DNA of 64,000 nucleotides, taken from Mobula hypostoma. Lineage: Eukaryota. Below are positions 38,793-52,280 of this stretch, one piece after another; positions within the stretch are counted from its first letter, which is position 1; every line of letters starts with the position of its first letter. A program made the translations under genes and the position numbers. The stretch covers positions 226,364,001-226,428,000 of the forward strand of contig NC_086097.1 of the NCBI RefSeq assembly GCF_963921235.1, given 5' to 3'. The notes beneath the pieces are model-generated. The model was given only the letters and a program-made list of their open reading frames with translations, ran no database searches and was not told where the DNA came from.

Positions 38793-40699
38793 GATTAAGA
38801 GAATGGCAAAGAAGTGGCAATTGGAATGTAGTGTAAAGAGGTGCATAGTCATTAACCTTGGTAGAAGGAATAAAGGCGTAGACTATGTTCTAACTGGGGA
38901 ATGAATTCAGTAATCAGAAGTACAAAAGGATTTGGCATTCCTCGTGCAGGATTTCCTAAAAGTTAACTTGTAGGTTGAGTCAGTGGAAAGGGAGGCAAAT
39001 GCAATGTTAGCATTCAGTTCAAGACAGCTAGAATATAAAAGCAAGAATGTAATGCTGAGGCTTTATAAGGCTTTGGTCAGGTCATATTTGAAGTATTGTG
39101 AGCAGTTTTGGACCCCATATCTGAGAAAGAATGTGCTGGTATGGAGAGGGTCAGGAGGACGTTTATGAGAATGATTCTGGGAATGAAAGGGTTAATGTCT
39201 GAGGCCTGTCTGATGGTGCTGGGCCTGTACTCACTGGAGTTTAGAAGAATGGGGGAAATCTCATTGAAACTTACCGAATGTTAAAAGGCCTGGGCAGAGT
39301 GGATTTCGAGAGGATACTTCCAGTAGTGGAGAGTCTAGGACCAAAGGGCAGAGCCTCAGAATAAAAGGTTGTCTCTTTAGAACAGAAATGAGGAGGAATT
39401 TCTTTAACCAGAGGACGGTGAATCTGTGGAATTCATTGCCACAGATGGTTGTGGAGGCCAAGTCATTAGGTATATTTAAAGCAGAGGTTGCTAAGTTGTT
39501 GATTAGTAAAGTTGCCAAATGTTACGGGGAGAAGGCAGGAGAATGGCATTGAGAGGGAAATTAAATCAGCCATCATTGCACGGTGGAGCAGACTCAATGG
39601 GCTGAATGGACATATTCTGCTCCTATGTCTTATTGTTTTATGGTCTTAAGTTAGTACCTGCAAGTCAGGGGCAGTCAACCAAACATCTCTCAAGAGATAT
39701 GTTAGTCATGGAAGTTTCATCAGGGAGCTGTTTACCTCAAAGTTAAACAGGACTTTTATTTCTGGCTCTGGGTTGTGTGTACCTGAATTGTGGAATAGCT
39801 AAGTTTCTAAGTTAAATGCATTTACTTATTCCAAGGCAAAGAAAGAGTGTTTCCTCTTCAAAATATTACAGAATAAGGAACAAGCTAACCACAAAATTTA
39901 ACATCATGATCTCAAATTTCAACACCTCTGCCTATACTCTCTGACTCCCCCCTTTTCCCCATTTGTTGACTATCCCTCACCTTTGACTTTGACTCTCAAG
40001 ATCTCTGATTTCTCAGTCTTTGACTCACATTGACACCTTGAACCTGACTTTTCATATCCTTCCTCACCATGTGATATCAGCCCCACACCCTCACCATGTC
40101 CATCTGTTATCAGTTCCTCTGCTACTTTTTGGCGGTGCAGGCTCAAAGGGCCGAATGGCCTACTCCTGCACCTATTTTTTTATGTTTTTTCTATGTTTTC
40201 CTCCTGGCTGGGAGCCAGTTGGTCCATAATCTCAGTACAGGTTATGAAAAACTTGAGAACTTCCTTTCCATCATTTGGGAAATGGGTTAACTCTCAAAAT
40301 TCTCTACCCATCTTTTCTACCGAAGACTTTCACCTCTCCTGCCATCTCCTCACTGTACTAAGTAACCACTGTCCTTGACTTTTCAGCACAGAAAGCCAAG
40401 CAAATCACCTAGCACCCCTTTCCCCATTGATACTCCCTGCTTCATATTGCACTTCTTGGCCACAGCACTCGAATTCATCATACCTACTGCAAAAAATGGT
40501 GGTTGATATGAAACAGAATCAGAAAACAAATTAGAATTCTAATGGGAAAAAGTACATGGAGAAATTACAAGAAAAGCTTAGAAAAGGATTTAACTATAAT
40601 TCAATCTTCTGATAAAGATGAGGTTCATAGGCAACTGCAACGATATTTTCAGAACCCTGAAGTAAACCTTACAGCTTTTGGTAAGCAACCTATTATACT

Positions 40700-42530
40700 C
40701 CAGTGACAGGACAATGTGCTGGAACAAGGTGAAGTTAAGAAAAAGGAGGTCCTGGAATTTCTGAAAAACATTTGAATAGACAAGTCCCCATGGCCATACG
40801 GGGTATATTCCAGGAAACTACAGGGAAGTGAGAGAAGAGATTGCTGTGCCATTGGCAATGATCTTTGCATCCTCACTGGCTATAGGAGTAGTACCAGAAG
40901 ATTTGAGGATGGGAAAATGTTATTTCTTTGTTCAAGAAAGGTAACAGAGATAATTCTGGAAATTATAGACTAGTAAGTCTTACATCAGTGGTGAGCAAAT
41001 TATTGGAGATGTTTCATAGAAGTGGGATTTACAGGCATTTTTACAGGCTCAGACTATTTAAGGATAGTAATCATTTCTTCGAGAGGGGCAGGTCATGCAC
41101 TAAGAGCCTGATTGACTTTTTTTTGATGGAGTGACAAAAGACATCAATAAAGGTACAGCAGTGGATATGGTGTACATGGATTTTAGCAAGGCATTTGACA
41201 AAGTTCCCCTTGGTAGGCCTATTCAGAAAGTCAGAAGGCATAAGATCCAGGGAAACTTGGCAGCATGAATTAAGAATTGGCTTGTCTACAGAAGGCAGAG
41301 GGTGGTAGTAAATGGAGCATTTTCTATCTGCAGGCCCATGACAAGTATTGTTCTACAGGAATCTGTTGTGGTGTCCCCATTCTTTCTGACTCATTATCTT
41401 ATGTTTTTGATATTTAATGGTTAGTTTTTTCTCTTCTGTATTTGCAGTTTCTTGTCTTTTACACATTGTTTGTTTGTCCATCCTGTTGGGTGCAGTCTTT
41501 CATTGATTCTATTGTGTTTCCTGGATTTCTTGCCCACAAGAAAATGAATCTCAGGGTTGTATATGATGACATAATACAGTACTATGCAAAAGTCATAGCC
41601 ACCCTAGCTATAAATACGGTATGAGCCCGAGATTTTTGCACAGTACTGTATTTACTTTGAACTTTGGAAGGGTGTGTTAGTAACTTTGCAGATGGCATTA
41701 AGGTTGGTGCTGTTGTAGATAGTGTAGAAGCTTGTCTGAAGTTACAACAAGCCATTTATAGAATGCAGAGTTGGGCTGAGGAGTGGCAGATGGAGTTGAG
41801 TCTGAAGATGTGTAAAGTGTACACGCAGGAAGATCAACTTTGAAAGCAGAATACACGGTTAATAGCAGAATTCTTAGGAGAGTGGAGGAACAGAGGATGC
41901 TCAAGACCACATCCATAAATCCCTCAAAGTTACAATGCAGGTTGATAGGGTGATTATGAAGGCGTACAATGCTGGTCTTCATTAGTCGGGGTTATAGAGT
42001 TCTATAACCTTGAGATAATGTTCCAACTCTATAAAACTAATAAAACTCTGGTTAGACTATACTTGGAGTTTTGTGTTCAGTTCTGGTCACCTCATTATAG
42101 GAAGGATGTGGAAGCTTTTGAAAGGGTAAAGAGGAGATTTATCAGCTTGTAACCTAAATTAAAGAGCATGTCTTGTGAGGAAAAGCAGAGTAAGACAGGG
42201 CATTTCTTTTTGCAGCAAAGGAGCATGAGAGGTGACTTGACAGAGGTGTATAAGATGATAAGGAGATATAGATAGTATAGGGACGTGGATGTCAGAGGCA
42301 GGTTTAATACACAGAGAGTGGTAAATGCATGGAATGCATTGTCCTGGGTGCTGGTAGAGGAAGATATATTAGGGACATTTAAGAAGCTCTTAGATAGGCA
42401 CATGGACGAAAGAAAAATGGAGGGTCATGTAGGAGGGAGGGGTTAGATTGATCTTTGAGTAGGCTAAAAGGTTCACACAACATTGTGGGCTGAAGGACCT
42501 ACATTGTGCTATACTGTTCTACATTCTACA
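40700..42530 (+). mobile_element. Degenerate CR1 LINE, interrupted by a Rex1 3' UTR (about 41390-41665)
   Basis: FKKGNRDNSGNYRLVSLTSVVSKLLE, VDMVYMDFSKAFDKVP and QFWSPHYRKDVEA motifs; CR1 tail. Confidence 0.88.
41577..41648. mobile_element. 72-bp Tc1/mariner-like MITE
   Basis: TIRs CAGTACTATGCAAAAGTC / GATTTTTGCACAGTACTG, with TA on both sides (41575-41576 and 41649-41650). Confidence 0.75.
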
Positions 42531-42939
42531 GTGTGTTCTAACATAGTTAGTTAATAGCAGGTCAGTATCCCAGCTAAGAAGAAATGTTTGTTGTGATCTA
42601 AATATTATTTATTGGAATTCAGATTCATATCAGCTGACTCTATTGGATTTAAAACAGCTGTTAACTTCTTTTGTCACTCTGATCACTCTTTTATCCAAAG
42701 GAATAACAAACGTTCAATAGAGTATCAGAGATGAAACAGAAATTACTTAAATGACATTTGCAGTTTCAGAATGAGGACACATAACTTTGCCTGAATACTT
42801 CACTTCAAAGGCAATTTTTTATTCATATTTTAAAAAGTTGTTTGGGCTTTTGGTAACCATTTCCGTATGTTTTAGAAGAAAAACCTGAAACATATATTAA
42901 GCATATTTCATGACTGCTGCTCATTCCAAGTATTGACAG

Positions 42940-43275
42940 TTAGTGTTGCAATGCAGAAAACACACATCCAATTTGCACACAGGAAACTCCCACAATCAGC
43001 CACATGGCATTGAACAAATAATCTGACTTTCCTGCAGTATTGTTTGAGGAATAAATAATAGTCGGGGCACCAGCAATATTTTCATTGTTCAAAGAATTCC
43101 AGTGGGTAATGTCCCCAAAAAGGAATGCAGTGTTTTCGATTGGATGGCACGACCAATGCTGCATTCCCTAGGCACTGCACTGAAGTACCAACCTTCACTT
43201 TCTGTGCTCCTGGGGTGAGGCTGGAACCCATAGTCATCTGATTACAGAGCAAGAAAGCTATCAACTGAGCCATGG
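42940..43275 (-). mobile_element. Deu-domain SINE (SacSINE1-like), degenerate
   Basis: GATGGCAC..CAATGCTGCATTCCCTAGGCACTGCACTGAAGT and CAATTTGCACACAG..ACTCCCACAA blocks recalled from DeuSINEs; tRNA-like head (GGCTCAGTTG..GGGTTCCAGCC) on the minus strand. Confidence 0.6.
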
Positions 43276-43818
43276 TTTACATCATAGCCTCATTCTTTTT
43301 CTATACTCCCAAGGGTGCATTAAAGATCTGACCTGAAAATGTTATCACATCTATAATTTGTATGGCAGAAGATGGAGTGATTTAAAATATTTGAATACAT
43401 CTGTAAATTAGATGCATATCTTCAATGTGCATGAAATACATTTACGATGGCTTATGTGGTGATGTTGAACAGTGCAGAAGATCATTTGGATGTCACTTGC
43501 ACACAGCTATACTTGATGCTCAATATCTGAGATGCCAGGGGCCCAATGTACTGAAATGGACCTGGTGTGAGGCTATTTAATTCCACGTACAGAACCTGAT
43601 CTTCTTTTTCTTCTACCGTTCCCATAATCACTCTCCCAACCCCAGATTACTGCCAGTGTCCTCCAACATCCCTCACAAACACCTTCCTGCCAGTCCTCAA
43701 GCCAACCCTTCCTTCCAGACCAAGCGCCTACTTTCATCTCTGCACCATAATCCCCTGCTACTCCCTACAATCCTCTTCAGCACAATTATCATCCTTTCTC
43801 CCTTCTAAAACCTGTCAA

Positions 43819-43823
43819 TCTCT

Positions 43824-43880
<57 letters not shown>
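43819..43880. repeat. Compound (CT)n(CA)n microsatellite
   Basis: Directly visible in the sequence. Confidence 0.95.
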
Positions 43881-43881
<1 letters not shown>

Positions 43882-46800
43882 GAGTTTCTCTTTCTCACTG
43901 TCTCCAATACTTCTGTCTCCCAAAATTCTCCGTTTCCTCCCAGTCTTACTTCCCTAATCTCTAATCTCCCCAGTGGGCCTTGAGCCTTGCTTCTTGGGGA
44001 TTCACACAAAATTCACGCAGGCTGCCCTACATTGCGAAGCAGACTTGATGGACCAAATGGCCTAATTCTGCTCCTACATCTTATGGTTTTACATCACAAA
44101 TTCCAGTCCACCAGTGTAATATCATTATCTATTAAAACAGAACATTTGAGTGAGGCGAGCTTCAGACCAGAAACTATCATTTAAGCATTTACAGTAATGT
44201 GCTCTTAGCATTTTTTTTGCATTTTGGGCTGCTATTTTCAAAAGGCTATCATATTTATTAGAGACGTTAATTTTTAAAAAGGAAAGAAAGTTGTATTCTC
44301 CTGTGGCTAAATATTTTTAAAGAAATGAATTTATTCCTCTGCTCATGTGACTATTGAAACATTACCAATTGCTGCAAGTACTTCATCGATTTTGCAAACC
44401 CATTGGAAAAAGCTAAAGATGCTGTGCATTTTTTTAGGAAAAGAATTACACCATTGTTCCTTATCATTAGGCACTGATTATCTCATACTGAGATTAGGCT
44501 GTATGTTGCTTTGAAAAAGTATTGCAGTTTTAAAAGGAACTGAGGCTTGATTAGATATGCATGGTTCTGCCAACTTGTTTGTTTTAGCTCCTCGTTAACA
44601 TGATTTTGTCCAGTTTATTTTCTAATAATAATTCTTCTCTAATTGTGTATCATATAGATTTTAGAGTTAAAATATACCTTGTCAGTCAGTCAATAATTGG
44701 GGTTGCTTGAAAAAACAAATCAGTTCTTAATTTGCACTGTTTATCATTAACATAGTTCTGTTATATTTATGTTTGAAATGTATTGATTTCAGTTGATATT
44801 TATTTTTGTAGCATTTCTCTTGTGCCAGGGTGTAGAAAGTGTTTCCTCTTCTCCGTTCGCTACATATGACTTGCAGTGACATAGTCTGAACCTTCAAAAG
44901 TCTTTATGAAAATTCTCATGGTCATGAATTTGATAAAGGAGGGAACAAAGAAGATTTCTTGCAGCAAGCATTGTTTAATATTATATTTTGAAATGATAAA
45001 TGAAAGGATTACTAAACAGGGTGGATATAGCTTTTTTTTAAAACCAGGAACTATTTTGTTATATGGCAGATGTACGATAGATAAAAAGAAAGTAGAGGAA
45101 TATATGGAAAAGCAAAAACAAAATATATTTTTGTTAATATTTTGTTGTAGGTCATTATTGCTTGCATTTTGATGACAGCTTGCCACAGTAGTATGCTCTG
45201 CAATGCACTTTAATCAAAGTGAAGATAAACAATGGAAATGAGGATGTCAAAGAAAAGATTCCAAGCATCATTCTGCCATGAAAATGGCAGTCAGCAGAGT
45301 GTAATGGAAATGTGTTGAGCGTAGAAAATTCTTGAATGGGCCTGTGAAGGGCTGCAGGCCCAATTATTTTTTTAGCATTAACTGAGCTACATCTTCCTAT
45401 GCTCAGCTGCACTGAGTGACACTATTTGCGATGCCCAGTCTGCTGAAACAGAGCAGGTTGCTGTCAGTTTAAAAATGACTATAATAAAAGTGACCATGAA
45501 GATGGATCTCATGATTTTGCGTTTCTAATCAGTCATCTGTGAAGAACACTTTTGCTTTGATTCAGCAGACTGCTGACAGCCATGATTGATAGTACACGAG
45601 GGGAAAAAAAAGGTTATTAACTGTCTTCCTATTAAACTCAATATATTACCCCTCTAGGTGTAACTCATAGTTCTGAGGGTGCACGTTGGCTCAGGTGAGG
45701 TCATAGAGGAACTCTATAAAAAAATTGTAGGTTGAGGGTTGGCAGCTTTACTGCAGAAGAAGGAAGACATTTCCACATTATTGTGATGCCAGTGTCACTA
45801 ATATCTGTGTGAAAAAAGCATCTGTTACTGATTGGAAATCTGTCAGTGTGTCAAATAGAAGACAAAAAGTGGACTGAACAATATATTGAAATGTTTTAAC
45901 AATGATTACATGCAAACACCTGATTGAACACAAGTACGGGCTTGTGTATCCACAGAAATACGCACAAACTTTTAATCACTGCTTTATTTTTGGTTACAAT
46001 TGACATAATAAGAAAAGCGTTGACTACAAGGGAATGAAATCATTCTGATAGCATATTAATGCAAACATTATCACTGGTGTAGACAAATGCTCATATAAAA
46101 TAAGCCATCGGATTTTGTTCTTTGACATAGTCCCCACTGCATTTGCTAATATGGACATTATGTAAAAATGCCAGGTATGAAGAGGCACTTATGTTGAAAA
46201 AGAAAAGATCTGTCAATGGGAAAAGAAATGATAGAGCCAACCATTTACGGAGAACACTCAGGCTGGGTAACCAAACCGTGCAGTCCCTTGGCGTTTTTGC
46301 CATTATAAATACAATACAAAGAAATACATGGGGAGAAAGGAATCTGTAATATACCAAATGAAAGAACCTAACATGATTTCCAGAATATAATGATAAAACA
46401 TGGGTGGGAAAGATTTATTACACTGATTTATCATGCAACAGCTGTCAAAAAATCCAACAATAAGAAGTGTCTGCATTGTGCTTGCAACAACCCAGAGAAG
46501 TTGTTCGAGAGAAATGACAGGAAAGAATTATAAAGATTAGGGTACCTGTGTGTAAAATTCATGACTGAAGCATGACATTGATTCATTGAATATTTAGACA
46601 TTTGAGTCTAACATGCAATTGTTCATTCGGTATCAAAGATTGAATTCTATACTTGTTAACATAATATGGATTTGATAAAGTAAACATGACAGTTATTAGG
46701 CTTTGTCACCAAAAGAAATACAGCAAAAACTAAAACAAATGTTTGCCAAAGAAAGTCTATTTCAATTTGAGATTTTAGTTTATGAAAATTGAGCATGTTG

Positions 46801-49779
46801 TATACTTGTCAGGATAGTACAGTGACATTGATACCTTCAGGGTCTTATTGGAACAATTTTCTCCTCATTTTAAATTAACATTTAAAATTTAAAGAAATCT
46901 GTTTACCAAAGCAATTAGTTGTTTTTAAGACTATGTGGTCTGCTTTAGTGTTTCCCCAAATCATTGATCTAGATATTTGCTAATGAGCACCATTGAATCA
47001 AAAGAAAATTAGCAGTTTTCCCATTCATCAGCATTCTTTTGCTGTGTAATATTGAAACGTTAAGAACTCATTTTATTGGTCATGAATAATTCTGCTTAGA
47101 AATATGGCTTTTAAAAGCAAGGCACTGCACAGAATTTTAAAACATCAACATTCCTTGTTGGCAGTTTAGTGGTTTAAAAGTCTGCTTACGTTGCAGGCAC
47201 TACTTCCACAACAGGGCCTTGAGTAAAGCAGCCAAGAGAAGAGAAGTGGAGAGATTTATATTCACTCCACTTTGTATTTAAAAGGGTATGAAATTGCTGT
47301 TGCTTCTTGAAAATGAAAAAATATGCACTTAGGATGTGACTAGGTATAGTAAACTCCTGAAAAGTGAAGGTGCATGGGGACTGTTGAAAAGTGACAAGAA
47401 GCAAATCTGGAAATGATCAAGGTGATGAAAATATCATGTATGTAAAGTAGCTCTCTTGCACTTTCACTACACAGAAAGCACTGTCATGGGAAAATATAAT
47501 TGCCATAAGCAACATTTGTGCTACCTGTTTTGTACAGCAATCATTGTGCTGTCACCCAGCAGATCTAATTAGTCTACCCTATGATTAGGAAGTTTTAGCT
47601 GAAGAGGAACAATTGAAAGAAAATGCATTCATTTCTGTTATGACCTAGCTTTCTTTTTTGTGCGTTCTTTCATTTACAGGTATTCATAGAAAATCTATAG
47701 TTAAAATAAACATTTGTTGCTGGGATATTTTACAAGTCTTGCAGTACCATAGCTTTAAAAATTTACAGGAAAGATATTACTTGATTTAGTTCAGACACCT
47801 TTGTTATTGGAACCATAAACTACCACACATTTAATGGCCAGCATAAATTTAACACAACAAATCTCTTTCCAAAAGAGAGAATCAGACTAATGTTATGTTC
47901 TTTAAAGAGCAGTGACCAGCTGGGCAAAGGAGCGGTTAAAATGCAGTGGGACAGCTTACCCGCTCTTTTCCCTTCCTGATTGGGCCAATTTTGAACTGCA
48001 GGATGCAAAGTCATCTATTCAATGCCGGCAAAATTCTCTTTAAATATGCACTTCCCCACAGCCCTGCCATAATGGTGGCCAGTAGCAGAAGAGGCCCAAC
48101 AGGGTAAATTCTTCTTAATAAATTATTTCCTCGGAGACCAAGAATGTTTCTAACTATGAATTGTTGGCCCTCCCCAATTCTGGACTTCACCAATATTGGT
48201 GAAGAGAGACTAAGATCCCCATTATTATGTCCTCTGGGACCTCAGAATTTCCCAAAGTTTTACAGGCACCAAAATAATTTTGAAGTGTACTCACTATTGA
48301 GGTGCTGGAATATCTATGTTGTTTTGGTGCATAGAACAGTGAGATACTGATCTGATCAACTGTTAATTGGTTGAGGGAAAAATGTCAACCGGGACACCAA
48401 GGATAATACCTCTGTTTTTTTTTTCAAACATGAAAACTTTTACATCCAACTGAGAGCAACAGGGGAATTGCATCCAAATACATTATTTTCCATGGTGCAT
48501 CATCCTTCCAGATTTACACTTATTATAAAAAGAAGTTTGAGTTATTGAAAAAAGGTGCAAAAGTGTTCACAATGATAATTCCAGAAATGGTAAGCCATAT
48601 TACCTAGGAATACGACTTCTAGCCTCATGTTTTTTAACTTGGAAATAGGAACGAATTCAGCACTAAGTATGATTTCATTTGGTGCTGAACTGAAGGACAG
48701 GATTCACTTTGTATCTGGCTCCTCAAGGGTGTGTCATAGACAATGTAAAAAGGAAAAATGAAACTGAAAGATATTGTCCCCTCATTCAGATTAATGTTTT
48801 GAATAAATCTACACAAGTGGTTTCAAGTGATTTTATCTTTTTTTAAATTTTAAGTATAATTTTAATTAACTCTGTTTCAATAGATTCTAAATGCTTCTAC
48901 ACATCTGAGACATTAAAAAAACAGTAATAAGGATTTGTCACAACATGAGATGTCTAAAGACATCAAAATGTTCCATAAACAGGGCTTTAGTTTCAATGCC
49001 ACTGGCCTAATCATTGTTTGCTAACCATTCTGCCTTACAGATGTTCAAAACTGAAAATCCTCAATAGAATTTATAAATACAGTTATTCCATGGCTGATGT
49101 ATTTCAGATAAAGCACGAGCTAACCCTGTTCTAAAGCTTTCTTGCTTTAGAAGAATACAGCAATTCATTCCCTTGTGATTAATTTGGGAAACTCCACAAA
49201 GATTTAGAAACAATATCAAAACTGCTTGAAAATTAATCTAATTAATGCAAAAACTGAGTGTTGCTGGTACACAATGATCATTGCCAGGAACATTGTTGTT
49301 CACAATTTAGAAATTGGGATCAAATGTCAGAGTTCAATTTCAAAGTTTAAGAATGGCAACTAATTAGAGATGAGATAAAAACAGAAAATTCTCGAAACAC
49401 TCACCAGGTTTAGCAGCAACTGTGGAAATTGAAGAAGTTAAATTTCGTAAGTCAAAGATCTGCGTCTTTAGATTTTAATTAGGAGTGGGAGGTGCGGTAG
49501 CCATTCTACAAAATGTGAGAAAATAAATTTTAGTATTTATTTCAATGCGGAGGTGATATATTTTGGTACGAAGAACAAGAGGTTCATACACTTCTTGGAT
49601 AATAATTTCTGTCTTTATTTATAATTACTAGTGCTAAACTATATAGTGGCAGCCTGGCTTCTGAAATTTTCCTCCACTGAATTCAAGTAAAGAAAATCAC
49701 TTAGCCTCTGTCATTCTGCACGTTTAGCCCTTGTGATCAAGGATGATCATGTACCATCAGGTGTCTAAAGTGAACTGGT

Positions 49780-50390
49780 AAGACCAATTAAAATATACTA
49801 CTATTCATTTCTAGAGGGACTTAATAGTTAAGTAGAGCAATCATACTAACCATGCATAGAACTTCAGTTTAACCTTGGAGTATTATAAATAGTTCTGGTT
49901 CCTCACATTGGGAAAAGGGTACTGGCATATCAAAAAAAGTGCAAGACAATTTACAAGGATGATCGAAGAACTAAGGGATTAACAGTATCTGAAAGACCAA
50001 ACAACCTGGAACTCCTTTCTCTAGAAGTGGAAGGTTGAAGGATAAACTGATTAAGATCTTTTACATAATGAAATGGTTTGATAGGAAGGATGTGGAGAAT
50101 ATGCTTTCATTGTTGTGGGGAGGCCAAAGCTAAAGAATATAAATATAAGAGCGTCATTAACAAACACCAAGAGGGAGTTCAGCAGAAAAGCAAGAATAGT
50201 TAAAACATGGAATATGCCAAAACAGAGGCCTGCTGAGATAAAGAAGGGAATACTAGATGGGAACATTAAGAGAAAAGAAAGAAAAGGATTTGCTGGTAGT
50301 GTTGGCCAAAGACAAAGAGGAAATAGCATGGAGAATATTAACTCTAATCTAAACCAGAATGAACACGTGGCTTAATTCTGTTTGGTGAAT
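49780..50390 (+). mobile_element. Old degenerate CR1 3' portion
   Basis: CCTTGGAGTATT...AGTTCTGGTTCCTCAC and TTTACAAGGATGAT...TCTCTAGAA blocks are collinear with CR1 ORF2 ends. Confidence 0.55.
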
Positions 50391-50659
50391 GTAATATAAC
50401 TAAATGGCTAGCTATTTCTACATTTGTAGTAGGAAAGAGAACTGGTTCATTGAAGATTCTCAGACTCTGAGAAGATCTTGGGGTAACTCAGAGTAGATGG
50501 ACATTCCAAACGTTCCAAAACAGTCTGATGATGTAGCCACCCAGCTGGCCACTTCCATCGGTGACATAGTTAAGGGCATGTCACTGCAATTTAGGATCTC
50601 TTTGATGGAACTTGGTAACAGTATTAATCAGTGGAGTCAGATAAACCAATATATTCAAA

Positions 50660-51005
50660 TATAGATAGATAGATAGATACTTTATTGATCCAAAAGGAAA
50701 TCATGGTAGCATTACAAGTGCACAGATATACAAATATTAGAGGAGAACAAAGAAAGAATAAAAAAATAAGCTACTTCAAACAGTCTAACAGGACTTCCCA
50801 TCTCTTCCCTGGCTATAGGTTGACTCATTATAGAGCCTGTGGCCACTGGTAAGAATGACGCCATATAGCACTCTTTGGAGCAGCACAGTTGTATTAGTCT
50901 ATTACTAAAAATTCTCCTTTGTTCAGCCAAGGTGGCATGCAGAGAGTAAGAAACATTGACGAGAATTGCCAGGATTTTCCTTAGGGTCCTTTGTTCTACC
51001 ACAGC
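50660..51005 (-). mobile_element. Rex1/Babar LINE 3' end
   Basis: ORF 50712..51065 includes VVEQRTLRKILAILVNVSYSLH...SFLPVA; (GATA)n tail. Confidence 0.82.
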
Positions 51006-51697
51006 TGCCAGCAGGCTGGTTCGAGGTAATTTCAAACTTCCTGGAAGCAGATGGTATACACTCACTTAGTCACCTATTTATTATGATGAAGAAAGTGGCT
51101 ATTTGGCCCATTGGGTCCATGCTGGATCTAAGCAGAACAATCCCATCTGTCCATTTTATTCCTTTGTGGTTTTGCAACTTATTCTATCTTATATGCCCAC
51201 CGCAAACAGGAGCACAGATCTGCAAATTGGTGATGATATCCTCTCAATTAAATATGGAATTGAAATTGGTTAATTATTGCCACATGTACCTAGCCAATGT
51301 TTGTCTTGTGTACTGTTCTTACAGATCAAATGATTACACAGTGCAAGATAAAGCAATAACAATGCTGAAAAAAGTGTAACAGCTACAAAGAAGGTGTACT
51401 GCTGCTAGGTAATAAGGTGCAGGATCATTACAAGGTAGATTGAGAGGTCAAGAGTGCATCATTCATGCTCAGGAACCATCAAATAATGGGGTAAATGTTG
51501 TCCTTGAGCCTGGAGATCCAAATTTTCAGACACAATCTTCTGGGAATCTTGAGGCCCTTACTACCCTCCCACTGATTTATTTTGTCCTTCATCTTCCCGC
51601 TTGTCCTTCAGTCCTTTGATACTTTATGTCTATGCCCTTGATTTTTCTGCTAAGCAAAATTGGTTCTTCGTATTTTCTCTTGACCTATCAATGTTAT

Positions 51698-51895
51698 TGT
51701 ACTGTATGGCCTACAATGTAATAAGGGACTACTTTATGTTGTAAGGACATGTCGTTGCATGCGCTATTAGGCGCGTCTTGATCTGTACGTGTGTGCCGAG
51801 TTCGGTTTCTGCCAGCAAAGAAACATGAACCTTAGCTCCCGTCTCCAGCGTTTTTATTAATAGCATTGTTGTGTAACCAGACCACACACACAACA
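51698..51895 (+). repeat. 5' LTR
   Basis: TG...CA termini; ungapped match to 55795-55992 with about 25 mismatches in 198 bp (hand count). Confidence 0.95.
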
Positions 51896-51909
51896 AATTG
51901 CCGACGAGG
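51896..51909 (+). promoter_or_regulatory. Primer-binding site (degenerate)
   Basis: AATTGCCGACGAGG directly after the LTR; one mismatch from the TGGCGACGAG PBS common in fish Gypsy elements. Confidence 0.7.
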
Positions 51910-52280
51910 TTAATGAACCTACATCGTATCGAAACGCTGTGTTTTAGTTGATAACGATACTCAGAAGAAGAGCGCAAGGAACGAGCCAAGGAGCGGGAGA
52001 AGGAGGCAGAGTGAGGCTGCGAGTCCGAAAGGAAGCGGGAGCACAGCCGGGGTCGGGAACGTCGGGAGACCAAAAGACACAGTCGGAGCCGCAGCACGTC
52101 CAGCGGAGACCACAGTTGGCGCTGACCCCCAGGGGCTGAGGGTCTGCCTGCCCCAGAAGGGAGATACAAAGGAGCGACACACAGACATCTAGACAGAGTG
52201 CGCTCGTGGCGCTAGCAAAAAGGACACGTGAGTCAAAAAGGAAAATATGGGGAGAACGGGGCTTAATTAACGTAACAAAG

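Larger units (their letters stand above)
37200..39650 (+). mobile_element. Long degenerate CR1 LINE with nested insertions
   Basis: GNYRP motif near 37792, LDFQKFFDKV, LYKALVRSYLKYCEQFW, RNFFNQR, and a CR1 tail at about 39600-39650. Confidence 0.88.
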
